DNA of 63,072 nt, counting the filler, from Choristocarpus tenellus KU-1152 (lineage: Eukaryota; Protista; Phaeophyceae), in NCBI GenBank assembly GCA_964200185.2. It is 11 parts of 11 records of this genome, joined end to end, with 100 filler letters (N's around TTAATTAATTAA, not from the genome) between each part and the next. Parts side by side here need not be neighbours in the genome. Positions count along the whole stretch, not along the records: positions 43,980 to 54,060 come from CAXNAD020003165.1; positions 54,161 to 56,956 come from CAXNAD020024677.1; positions 57,057 to 60,420 come from CAXNAD020020525.1; positions 60,521 to 63,072 come from CAXNAD020026842.1; 7 more parts are not named here. One strand, given 5' to 3'. Each line of letters opens with the position of its first letter. Position 1 is the stretch's first letter. This document shows positions 53,188 through 63,072 of this stretch, piece by piece. The notes beneath the pieces are model-generated. The model worked only from the letters and a program-made list of their open reading frames with translations. It had not been told where the DNA came from and searched no databases. The position numbers and the translations under genes are program-made.

Positions 53188-53430
53188 GAGTTTATTGTGT
53201 ACTTCTATCGTACCGTCAGATGTTGTGAATAGTCCAACGAATCTTATCCAGAATATTGCTCTTCCTCCTTCAATATTTAATTACCTCTCACGTGAGTTCT
53301 TTTACAACCCCAATGAAGAAGCAGGATTTTTTCCAAATGTTCATATTTTTGGGGTGTGATTTGCAGACTCTAAAAAGGTTCCCCACCAAAATCCCAACCA
53401 AATATGAGGCAGCCTACACCTATCTATTAT

Positions 53431-53654
53431 TCAGCCCCCCTGAGCCCTCCAAAACTCCATTCCAACACGGTATTTCGCCACATCCACCAGGGCATTTGGC
53501 ATGACCTTGTCCGCCTTCTCGACCTTTTCTTTACTAAAATGGGCAATATCAAAGATGTCACCCTTGGACCCCAGCACATCACCGTAGACTGCGAAGAAGC
53601 TCTGAAAGACATGCTCCAATGTCTCCCGGGGGTACACATCGAACACCTTCGTTG
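53431..53654 (-). pseudogene. C-terminal fragment of a DD39D mariner transposase, cut upstream by the LTR-like repeat
   Basis: KVFDVYPRETLEHVFQSFFAVYGDVLGSKGDIFDIAHFSKEKVEK matches the plant-mariner C-terminal pattern (AFxxYxxxxLxxxFxxL...GxNxYxIxHxxKxK). Similarity stops where the TGTTACAGG repeat begins at 53655. Confidence 0.65.
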
Positions 53655-54060
53655 TGTTACAGGTGAATAGCGCGAGCATTTCTTTTTGCGTGCCAAAATG
53701 CGCGAGCAGTATACATACGTAAGAATTCATGCAAGAGGAATTCTCAATTGATAGAAGATGCAGAGTAAGATTTGAAATGCATACATAATCTTACAGAATA
53801 GATATCAATTCCTGAAAGTTGCAGAATAAAGATTTATGATTGGAGTATTTACACAGCAGTTTGCAGACTTCATTTTACTCTTTGGCAGTAGAAAAACGGT
53901 GAATGATGTTAACAAAAGGCTGAGTGTTGACCATACGTTAAGTTCTTTGATCCTTACCCTCTTTTGATAAAGCGAAAAGCGAGACATTGACTGAGCTAAG
54001 CATCAACTGACACCATACATGGTCATCATCTGTGAACCCCCGCATAGCCTCGTTTTAAGG
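53655..54060. repeat. Copy of the TGTTACAGG LTR-like repeat, truncated at the contig end
   Basis: Reverse-complement match to 41998-42715 and to 110-312. Confidence 0.85.
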
Positions 54061-54362
54061 NNNNNNNNNNNNNNNNNNNNNNNNNNNNNNNNNNNNNNNN
54101 NNNNTTAATTAATTAANNNNNNNNNNNNNNNNNNNNNNNNNNNNNNNNNNNNNNNNNNNNAGCCCAAGGAGAAGCGGGAGAAGGGGGGGGGGGGGGGGGG
54201 GGGGGGGGGTGTCTACACCAGGGTGTCTATTTGAGACACCACTAGGAAAATTGCACTTACATTATCCATCCGATGTATGCAACCAAATCACACAAAAACC
54301 GTGACATGAAAAAATTGACCCAAATGGACAGTCGCCAACTCCCCCCCAGGTACTTTCGAGCT

Positions 54363-54836
54363 ATCTTAGAGGGTAGAGCTGCGTCCATTTGGGAGCCAAA
54401 TCCCAATGTTACGATTTCGATGTAATTTTGGCTTTCGTGTTTGTTAGGAAGTATCAATATCCTTGTTCCACAAAAACCTTTTCATAACATATACACTTTA
54501 CCTACTCCTAAACATTTTGGGATAAGAAAACGTCATAAAAAAAACGAGGGAAGCCAAGCCCCAAAAAGACAAACAGGGAAAAACTCGTACCCTCTAAGAT
54601 ACTTCACTCCTGAATATTTGTCCATTTAAACCTTGGCTTCCCACAGATTTTTGAATGACATTTTCCTACTCCAAAATGTTTCGGAGTAGGTAAAATGTAT
54701 ACATTATGAAAGGTGTGCTCGGAACATGGATATTGACACTTCCCAATAAACAAAATAGCCGAAATGACTCAAAATTGTAACATTGACTTTTGGCCCCCAA
54801 ATGGACACGGCTCTACCCTTTAAGATACTTTGGCTC
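54363..54836. mobile_element. Two family-A MITE copies in inverted orientation (54363-54609 and ~54617-54836)
   Basis: A forward copy ending AGATACTTCACTC is followed by a reverse copy ending TAAGATACTTTGGCTC. The left TIR of the first copy is abutted by a family-B MITE (~54183-54361). Confidence 0.8.
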
Positions 54837-54930
54837 TGCTGCTATGAATTAGTATGCACTCTAACTCTGATTTCTGACTCTTTTTCCCCCCACATTCAAG
54901 TAACCTTTTGTAATGTGATTGAATCTTGAG

Positions 54931-56742
54931 GTCAGGGGTACGATCTGCTAGACCCCAGTCATGACACCAAGAAGCTAGAAGACTTGTCCAAGGTTTCCCT
55001 GATGGAGGATGACCAAGGCAACATTCATCTCAGGTGTGCTTTTAGAACTTAGTATCACTCTTGTGATAGTAGAACTCAGAGTCCTACAGAGTAATGATTA
55101 AGTGCTGGTGTCATAAGGAGATATCTGGAAATGGTGCAAATGTTAGAACAGGAGAGTCAAGTATATGCTGAATGCTTCAAGGGTCATAGATGGAGAGCTT
55201 ATTCCAACTCTGTTCATACCAATAGGCTACTATCTCAGATGGATGGGCGCCCATATATATCTATGCTTTAAGAAAATTCCTTAGAAAACTTGTAGTCCAA
55301 TATTCTCCTCGTGTGAGTGTATAACCTTCGAGAATGGGATAAAGGTATATCTGTTGCCATGTGTTAGATAGTACACCAACTATTTGATGCATGGGGCATA
55401 CCTCACAGCACTACAGTACATCTCTGGACACATCGAAGTATGTGATTTCTCAGGAACTTTGCTGAGGACTCCTAGAGATATGCTTATCTTACATGGTTTA
55501 AAATGTGCCTTCTGTACACCACTTAACCCCACCACAAAATTGGCTTGAGGAAACACTGTTATCGATTACTTCTGGGCCGCCCCTCAAGACATTTCAGATG
55601 GCACTCGATGTGAAAATATTCAATGTCACAAAGGAATAGGTTGAAAGTACCGCAGACATTTGTAGACAAGAGTAAAATTATCTTAGAGGGTACGAGTGTT
55701 TCCCTGTTTGTCCATTTGGGGCTTGGCTTCCCACGGGTTTAAAGTGAGATTTTACCTACTCCAAAATGTTTCGGAGTAGGTAAAATGTATGCGTTATGAA
55801 AAGGTGTGTCCGGAACAAGGACATTGACATCTCCTAACAAACATGATAGCCAAAATTGCATCAAAAATTGCAACATTAGATTTTGTCCCCCAAATGGACG
55901 CGGCTCTACCCTCTAAGATAATTTGACTCACAACCTACCAAATATTCTTGAAGGAGGGTTAGGGTTAGGGTTTGGAGTTTTTCACTTCGAGGTAGCTCTT
56001 AAAGTGATGTGTGTACCATCAAATTTTAATGGTCCAAAATGCAGGTAACCCCCATCTGGAGTCTGCGGATGGAGAAGGTGTGTCCAGATATAAGAAATCA
56101 CCTTTTCCCAATTACCCATTCATACACACATGGTCAATTCCGAAGGCACACACAGATTCCTTCTATGATCAGCAGCACCCCCCTCTGGCATACTTTGGAT
56201 CGACTTGAGACCCTCGGCGATACCTATTTCCCACCCTTTCTGCCCATACAACCCGATCAGGAATCTCTCCATGTACCTGGCAGCCAATGAGGAGGAGGCG
56301 TTGAACTATCTGTTTTTAGGAGATACTAACCGAGCCATAGCAGAGACGGTGATGAACAAAGCGTCATCCCGGTCTCATTGCATATTCACGGTGAGGGAAG
56401 GCGTGATGCAGTTACTTTTATTTTTTTCTCGTTGTGCACGATGAGATCCATTGGATGAAGCGGGAACATTACTGTTCTGCAGCTGTTCCTGCTACCCGAC
56501 TTGACACACAACACAGTTCAATAAGGGTCCGTCAGCACAGATCCAAGAAACCTTTTGAAAAACATAATATTTTCACCCATTGTCTCTCACTCCTTCAACG
56601 AAACCAAAAACAAAACACTGCCGCAAAGCGATTGTAACTGCCCCAACTGAAGCGCTCATTCCTGCATCGTGGAGAGGTGCAGATGTCAGTGGAGGGCCGA
56701 GTCGTAGGCTCTGACAAGGTCAAGCGCTCCAAGCTGCACCTG
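54931..56742 (+). CDS. KIF6: Kinesin-9 family (KIF6-like) motor domain, internal exons
   Basis: Exons ~54931-55033 (QGYDLLDPSHDTKKLEDLSKVSLMEDDQGNIHLR), 56261-56390 (NLSMYLAANEEEALNYLFLGDTNRAIAETVMNKASSRSHCIFT, switch I) and 56683-56742 (MSVEGRVVGSDKVKRSKLHL, just before switch II). Phases are consistent. LFLGDTNR is characteristic of KIF6. Confidence 0.9.
55670..55929. mobile_element. MITE family A, full copy in a KIF6 intron, 4-bp TSD ACAA
   Basis: GAGTAAAATTATCTTAGAGGGTAC...TACCCTCTAAGATAATTTGACTC, flanked by acaa...acaa. Confidence 0.9.
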
Positions 56743-58714
56743 GTGAGTACCGCAGAGCTCTACGGCCTTTTTGTTTAGTTAATCTGTTGCCATGGCAAAG
56801 TAGTTCAGTTAAATATATTAAACTCTTCTCTCGCTCGAGCAACAAAATCAAATACTTTTTTCTTACCTGATACATCCATGTCTAAGACCAATCATCAGAT
56901 TTCTCCCTGAACTCTTTTGTGAAGCAAGTGACGGCACCCCCTTCTCAACCCCCCCCNNNNNNNNNNNNNNNNNNNNNNNNNNNNNNNNNNNNNNNNNNNN
57001 TTAATTAATTAANNNNNNNNNNNNNNNNNNNNNNNNNNNNNNNNNNNNNNNNNNNNGGGGAGCTAGTTGAGGATGGTGAGGGGAGCGACCTGGTTGGTAG
57101 GTGCCCTCCTGTGCACACCTGGAAAGCATATTGTGCTGTTGTTGGTATGTGAGAATGCCTTCAAAGTGTTATAAAAGTGCAATGAATCCCCCTCCTTCTG
57201 CGGGCATACACCCAATCTTGCTTTGCTTTTACATGCGACCATGCCATATTTTTTTATCACTTTGAGTCTGAAATTTTTGGTGTCGTGAATCGAAACTTCA
57301 GTGAGTACGACTTACATATCTGCTCAAAAACTGTTGACAGTATCAACTTTAATCAATGTCAAGAGCATCCCTAATGATGAGGAGTCCAGTTGGAGGTGAC
57401 TTAATATTGGGATGCTCTTGCTTGCAGGCTCCTTCCCCACCATTGAAGTACACACACACACACACACACATATATATGTTGAGACACAGATCCTTATCAT
57501 ACACAGTATCTATTATTAGTAACAATATTTTAAAACAACTTGAATCTCGTTAGTTTCTAGCAGGGCTCAAGAAATATCTTCCAAAAACAAAAAAATACGG
57601 AGTTTTGTCTGTTTTGTCTACTCTGTCCACATACATCTGGTGCAACTGCAGTAATTGAGGTGGTAGAACCTTTTTTGCTACCCTTGGCAAGTTCCCGTTC
57701 ATCCTCTGGTCAGGTGTGACTCAGGTAATAAATCGCTAGGATTATTGTTCTTTCTCTGGGTCGTACCTACTTTGTTTTGGTTTTGAAATGCTCCCAGGTG
57801 TTGAGAACAGGCACTCACCTCCGAGTATGCCCGTGTATCAGGAATGGTCAGAATGCAGAAGAGCAAAAATTAGGCTAAGTGTGAGGAGTTTGAAGCCCCT
57901 TTCCTGCCACCGCCTGTTCTCCTTGTTCTCACCCTCCAAATGATGAACAGTGTCTCCCTGGCTTGTGTTTGGGGCGCTGAAGGTAGTTCCTTGATTGGGC
58001 CTTGTTGATGTTAAGTTGATTCCCCATCTGAGATTTTTCCGCCTAGTCCCTCTTTGGCATCCGGATGGAGTGAATAGTCAGACAGGGGTAACTTTCAAAT
58101 GGGTTCCCTCAGAACTCTCCTGGAAAGGTTTTGATTTTTGTCCACTCCTGGGCATGCATGCCTCTCTTTCTTCTTCTCAGTGGTAGTGTGTTGAACCTCA
58201 GACTCTAGTTCCTTGTAGTTGTTAGCATCTCCCTTGCCGCCTTCATGTTCGTCACCCTCCTCATTTGGGAGGGCATGCCTGGAAGATACGCCCGTGCAGT
58301 TGTCGTGATATAGACCCTCATTTCTGAGGTCATTGGATTTTGTTGGCACAATCATGGTCACAGGAATGTAGTGGGAAAAATTTCTGGGAGCTCCGCCCGT
58401 CCGAAATATAGAAAACTATGTGACTTGACCCTATCTCTTTGACTGCGTGACCAGTCTGTTAGTTGCTCTTTGAGTAATGAGATCGAGTCAATTCAGTAAC
58501 TGAAATTATCATTATTATTTTTTACAAGATGTACTTATTCTTCTTGAGCAATGTACAGTGTAAAGAACCCTTCCCCTAACCCAAGGACACACTTGCTATT
58601 GGTAAATAAAATATAGAAGAAATAAACTCATAGAAAAGAAAACACACACACACACACATGCACACGCACACACCGAACACACTCCCTTCTTACCTCTATT
58701 CAATCGGAGCTCAG

Positions 58715-59545
58715 ATGTACGGGGGGCTCCTACGTCCCCATCCATCTGTTGCTTCCCGGACCATCCCTGGGCTTCCCCACGTAGGGGACGCAGGAGACAT
58801 GACCTCGGCAGTGATGCTGCTGATAGACACTACTGGTTGTGACATGGTGGAAGAGGAGGCTGGGGGGGGCAGCCGTCGAAACGAGGGGGAGGCGAGGGTA
58901 GTGTCCCTTCATGTTGCGTGAGTCACGGGCAGGGGAAGGGAGGAAGGATTGCGGATATTAGTGAGAGTCAAAATCAGTTGTGCCACTACTTTTGCCAAAA
59001 CAGGTTGTTGAATGAGACGGACATGGAGTAGAGCCCCCTGAACATTGTGGGTTGAACATTATGGGTTGGGAGATGTGCACAGATTTTCCTGGTGTTGATT
59101 ATGTTTGTAGCGGTGGAAGACATGTGTGGATCGATTAGGGTTAGGATTGATGTTACCGACTTGGTGCAGTAGTCTTTTTTTTGTCTCCTTTTTGTTCCTC
59201 TTATTCTTGACTAGTGGGGATTTTTGCACCACCTTGGGATGTCTTTTGTGCTTTTGTTGTGTGTGTTCCGTGCCTTGTTGGGCTGTGTACCTCACTAGAT
59301 GCCTCATAAAACATTCCACTTGTTGCATGCAAGTAACTCCTCAATGTTTTACTGGTGGACCCCTGCTCAACCTTGAACCCTAACCCTAATCCAAGTGGAG
59401 TGTAGTAATATTGAGTGTTGAGATCCTACAGACCTTATTGATTGGTCCACTTTTATCGTGACCGTATCCCTCCAATTCTAGGAATCTTCTCAAGGCAGGT
59501 GTAAGAGAGGAGGAGGTGGCTGTGATTTCCCCATACAATGGCCAG
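58715..59545 (+). CDS. IGHMBP2: SF1 (Upf1/DNA2/NAM7-like) helicase, IGHMBP2/SMUBP-2-like, internal exons
   Basis: Exon 58715-58917 (MYGGLLRPHPSVASR...LLIDTTGCDMVEEE...SRRNEGEARVVSLHV) and exon 59482-59545 (NLLKAGVREEEVAVISPYNGQ) splice in phase. These are helicase motif IV/V region signatures. Confidence 0.85.
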
Positions 59546-61346
59546 GTGAAAAAATGAGGCGGAAGATTGGTGGGGGGGAATGAGTATGACTCTGTTGCTT
59601 ACCCTATGTATAGTTCAAATGTGATGCTGCTCTCCTTCTGTTTTATCAAAGGGCGGAGTATGAGTGGAGTAAGCAGCAACAAGTCCTTATCCGGAGTTTT
59701 CACTGGATTGGGTACATGTGAAGGGACCGCTATGGTAAAGCATGTTTATTACAGCACCAGTCCAGAATTGCCAGAGATCTCGACCAGACTGGGCTGTGGG
59801 CTGACTCCCGTGAAATTTGGTTTATCCAGAGTGGTCTAGGGCTGTCAGATATTTCTTACCTTACCTTCACCGAGCCGCCATGTGCCTGCCCTTGTGGTAC
59901 ATGGTTTAAAAGGACTGATTCAGGGTCGCTAGAGATTGTAACTTGACCTGGCCGCAGCCCGGACATGGACCAGTTCACAACCATCATTGGTGGATAGGTG
60001 GTACAGAGCTAGCCTGTAGCCTGCTCAGGTCTCAGCTATTCTTAATTTGATGATTACGAGTTGTGTAGTTGATACGATGTTTCAAAACACACAGTTGTTC
60101 CTTCATATAATTGGGACAATTGGGGGGTTGACTTTTTGACCTGGAGGTTGGTCTTGCTAAAATACTTCTCTTGTCCAAGGCTGTGAGACATTTCAACTGG
60201 ACTGGGTCATGGACTACAGGCCGGCCCGGGTGAAATACATTTAAACAGGGCTGATACAAGGCTATCAGAGATTGTAGCTGGACCGGGCTGTGGGCTGGCT
60301 TGTGGCCCCAGTCCGGTCAGTCAGTCCAATAAGAATCCCTGCTCTTTGTTGCAAGGCATTTCAAGTTGAGATTTCTCAGAAATTTCCCAAGCATAGGATA
60401 AAAAGAGAGGAGGAAGAGGGNNNNNNNNNNNNNNNNNNNNNNNNNNNNNNNNNNNNNNNNNNNNTTAATTAATTAANNNNNNNNNNNNNNNNNNNNNNNN
60501 NNNNNNNNNNNNNNNNNNNNAAACGGACGCCGGCACCCCCTCACCCCAGATACTTTGACCCCAGACTGGACCACATCTTAGGAACACCTGATGACCTGAA
60601 ACCAAATCAATAACTGAAAACAAAACGATCTGTGGACCAGATGTTTTACAGGCGTCAGTGGACCAGAACTGAACATTTCACAAAATCTTAGACTGGGTTA
60701 GTTCACTGATCGAACCTCTCAGACATACTTTGCACAGGACCAACCCAGCTGCAAAAGAGCATTTCAAAAACAAACAATTGGCATATGTTGGAAGTCATGA
60801 ACAAGCAGGTTCACTTTGATGGAAATTGAGCGCAGGTGGGGGGATGTAGAGGGTGCAGGTTGTCCAATCTGATTGTGAACACTCGTAGTTGCAAGTTTTT
60901 TTTTCTTCATAATTTGTCATAACTCCGTCCTTTAGTGACAACTTTTGATCTACGTAAATTCAATCTCCTCAAGGGGTCTCACTGTAGTGAGTTGTCAAGG
61001 CCTCGCTCAGACTAGCCCTTAGAATGGCGTGTAGAAATTGTTGTCTGCCTGGGATTTGACTTTTAAGACTCTTCACAGACCATAAAAATACTGGGCAGCT
61101 GGGGAGCAGACCTTTCATAATAGCTGGATCTTACCCAGCCCAGGTACTGGGCATCTGCAAACCTCGGTAATCCAGAACCAGACCTGTCGCATATTCCTGA
61201 CTCAATGAACCACAGTGGTACTTTTTAGGCGGTTAGTTGGGTTGTGTGCATGTATCTGTGTGTATGCAGTTAACTTTAACCCTATGCAGTCGATCTTTGG
61301 TAGCTTACCTTCCACTTGCCCAACCCTACACCCACTTTGACCACAG

Positions 61347-63072
61347 ACAGTGTCTACTCTCAGCCTTTGGAGATTTCTGTATGTCCTTGGCCCCAAGCGG
61401 AGACCCGAGACAGATGTGTGTGGGGTTCATTTGCAAACTTTCTCGTGAAATGCTTACTGCCTCTGGAAGCAGCGGTGCCTGGGCTGGGAAGATAGGTGGT
61501 GGCTCTTCAGACCCCGAGGCTATCAAGGAGGTCTGTCGTTGGCTGAAAACACTTCCAGGCCTCCTCCTCACCTGGGGAGGCCGGTTTCCGGCACTCTCTG
61601 TAGAAGTGATCAGGGTGTTACTTGAGGTGGCCAAGCGTGCTCCAACACGAGCTGATGCTGAGGGCTCAGTAGGATTTGGTGAGGGGCAGGGCAATAGTGA
61701 GCACAGCAAAGCAGATTCTTGCCTTGGGAAAGAAGGGAGTGAGGCTAGGACAGGGAATGTGTTGACTGGGGGAATTCAGGGTTCAGGGAGTGAAGCTGGG
61801 GTGGATGGAGCTGGGGGGAGTTCGATGAGGGAGGTTTGGGTGTCAGAGGCTGCAGGTGTGCTCATTAGCACTCAGCAAGTTGTTGCAGAGATCTTTGAAA
61901 AGGGGATGTTCTTGACTTTGCCACCAGCAGGTCAGCTGGACCTTGTGTCCCTTGTGTATCACCTGCCTTCAATTCCCAGGACTGTGATTATTGGTCTTGG
62001 GGCAGCCTGCACAGAACCGCTTGCTCTTAGAGATGATATTAGGAACTACATTCTTGAGGTACGTTTTGGTCTTGATTTTTTTTATGGATCTCAAAATGCA
62101 AGGTGGAGAGGGTTCGGGGGTGAACGGATATTTGAGAAAATATTTTTTGTCCTAGCAAGTCATGCTGCCTCATCCCTTTTTCTTTTTCAAGGCACAGATT
62201 AAATTGAAATAAATTGAAATATATATATATATATATATATATGATATTTGTCATGACTGGGTGGTCTCAGCCTCTAGCCCACGTGCGATAGCTTTACTCA
62301 CAACGTTCCCTCCTCTCCCCCTTTCTCACATTGGACTTCCTTCCTCAAAGATAACCCTCTCGACTGCTGTGCATTTTTTCGACTGCTATGCTTATAATAA
62401 AGTACCATCACCTGATAAATACGTTTCACGCCTCTGATGAGGAGCAGGTCATGCACCACCGCCGACAATCGATGTCCACCAGCGCCTACCTTGGCTTCTT
62501 GGTGAGCGTGCTAACAGGTAATGCCGGTCGCAGGGGCAGGGGAGGAAGTGTAGGAGTGAGCAAAAACGCCGTTGTAGCCGCTGGTGGCAGTCCTGGTGAC
62601 GATAATAGTAGCAGTCCACGCGTTGGAGGCAAACGAAAGCGGATTGATGCTGGTGAGAAGGCAGACACGGTGGAGGCTGAGGAAAGTGCTGGTCCTTCAC
62701 CCTTGCCTACCTGGGATAGAAAGGTTCTGGAGAGGGAGAGCATAACAAGTGCTGTGTGTCGTTCACTGAGAATGCTGTGTACCCGAAGAAGTAGCGCCTT
62801 GTTGGAGGCCCTACAGCCGGTTCTCCTCCAATTGCTGATGAGGGACAGTGGTACAAAGGTTGGAGGTTGCCGTGAGAAGGAACTGGCACCACTCTTGCGT
62901 CGTCAAAGGACAGCCATGGCATGTCTGTTGTCCTGTCACAGTAGTGTGATGGACTCCGGTTTGCCATCTTCTCCTGTGGAGGATGCTCTCCTGGAGCCTC
63001 TGGCAGACGCCTGTATCCTTATCATGAGAGCAGTAGGTGGCAGGATGGGGGCAGGAGTAGTGAGCTGGGGGG
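61347..63072 (+). CDS. TEX10: TEX10/Ipi1-like (Rix1 complex) HEAT/ARM protein, internal exons
   Basis: Exon ~61347/61364-62058 (CRWLKTLPGLLLTWGGRFPALSVEVIRVLLEVAKR...LPPAGQLDLVSLVYHLPSIP...LGAAC) resembles the TEX10 C-terminal region as I recall it. The next exon starts at 62448 (gagcag|VMHHRR...YLGFLVSVL) and is open to the window end. Confidence 0.7.

Noticed and set aside
54161-63072. Kinesin + helicase + TEX10 as a functional gene cluster
   Set aside because: They lie on three separate contigs joined by spacers and are ordinary housekeeping genes.

Overview
This is intron-rich eukaryotic genomic DNA, most likely a brown alga or related stramenopile (inferred from GT-AG gene structure, gene families and scattered TTAGGG motifs). 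It is not one locus. Eleven short contigs are joined by ten identical 100-nt synthetic spacers (44 N + TTAATTAATTAA + 44 N), so adjacency across spacers has no biological meaning. Supported gene fragments are: an 8-exon beta-helix/Cys-rich/multi-TM surface protein (contig 1), a tandem-DEP-domain protein, kinesin-9 (KIF6-like), an IGHMBP2-like SF1 helicase, a TEX10/Ipi1-like protein and a few unknown exons. The rest is dominated by mobile DNA: two related MITE families (4-bp versus 3-bp TSD), a TGTTACAGGCG...CGCCTGTAACA solo-LTR-like repeat, a 5'-truncated SINE/LINE-tail-like repeat ending in a hairpin plus (ATA)n, decayed DD39D-mariner and IS630/Tc1 transposases, and a tRNA-Asp-like pseudogene. 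I see no convincing novel multi-gene system. The most interesting signals are the transposon families and the receptor-like protein.
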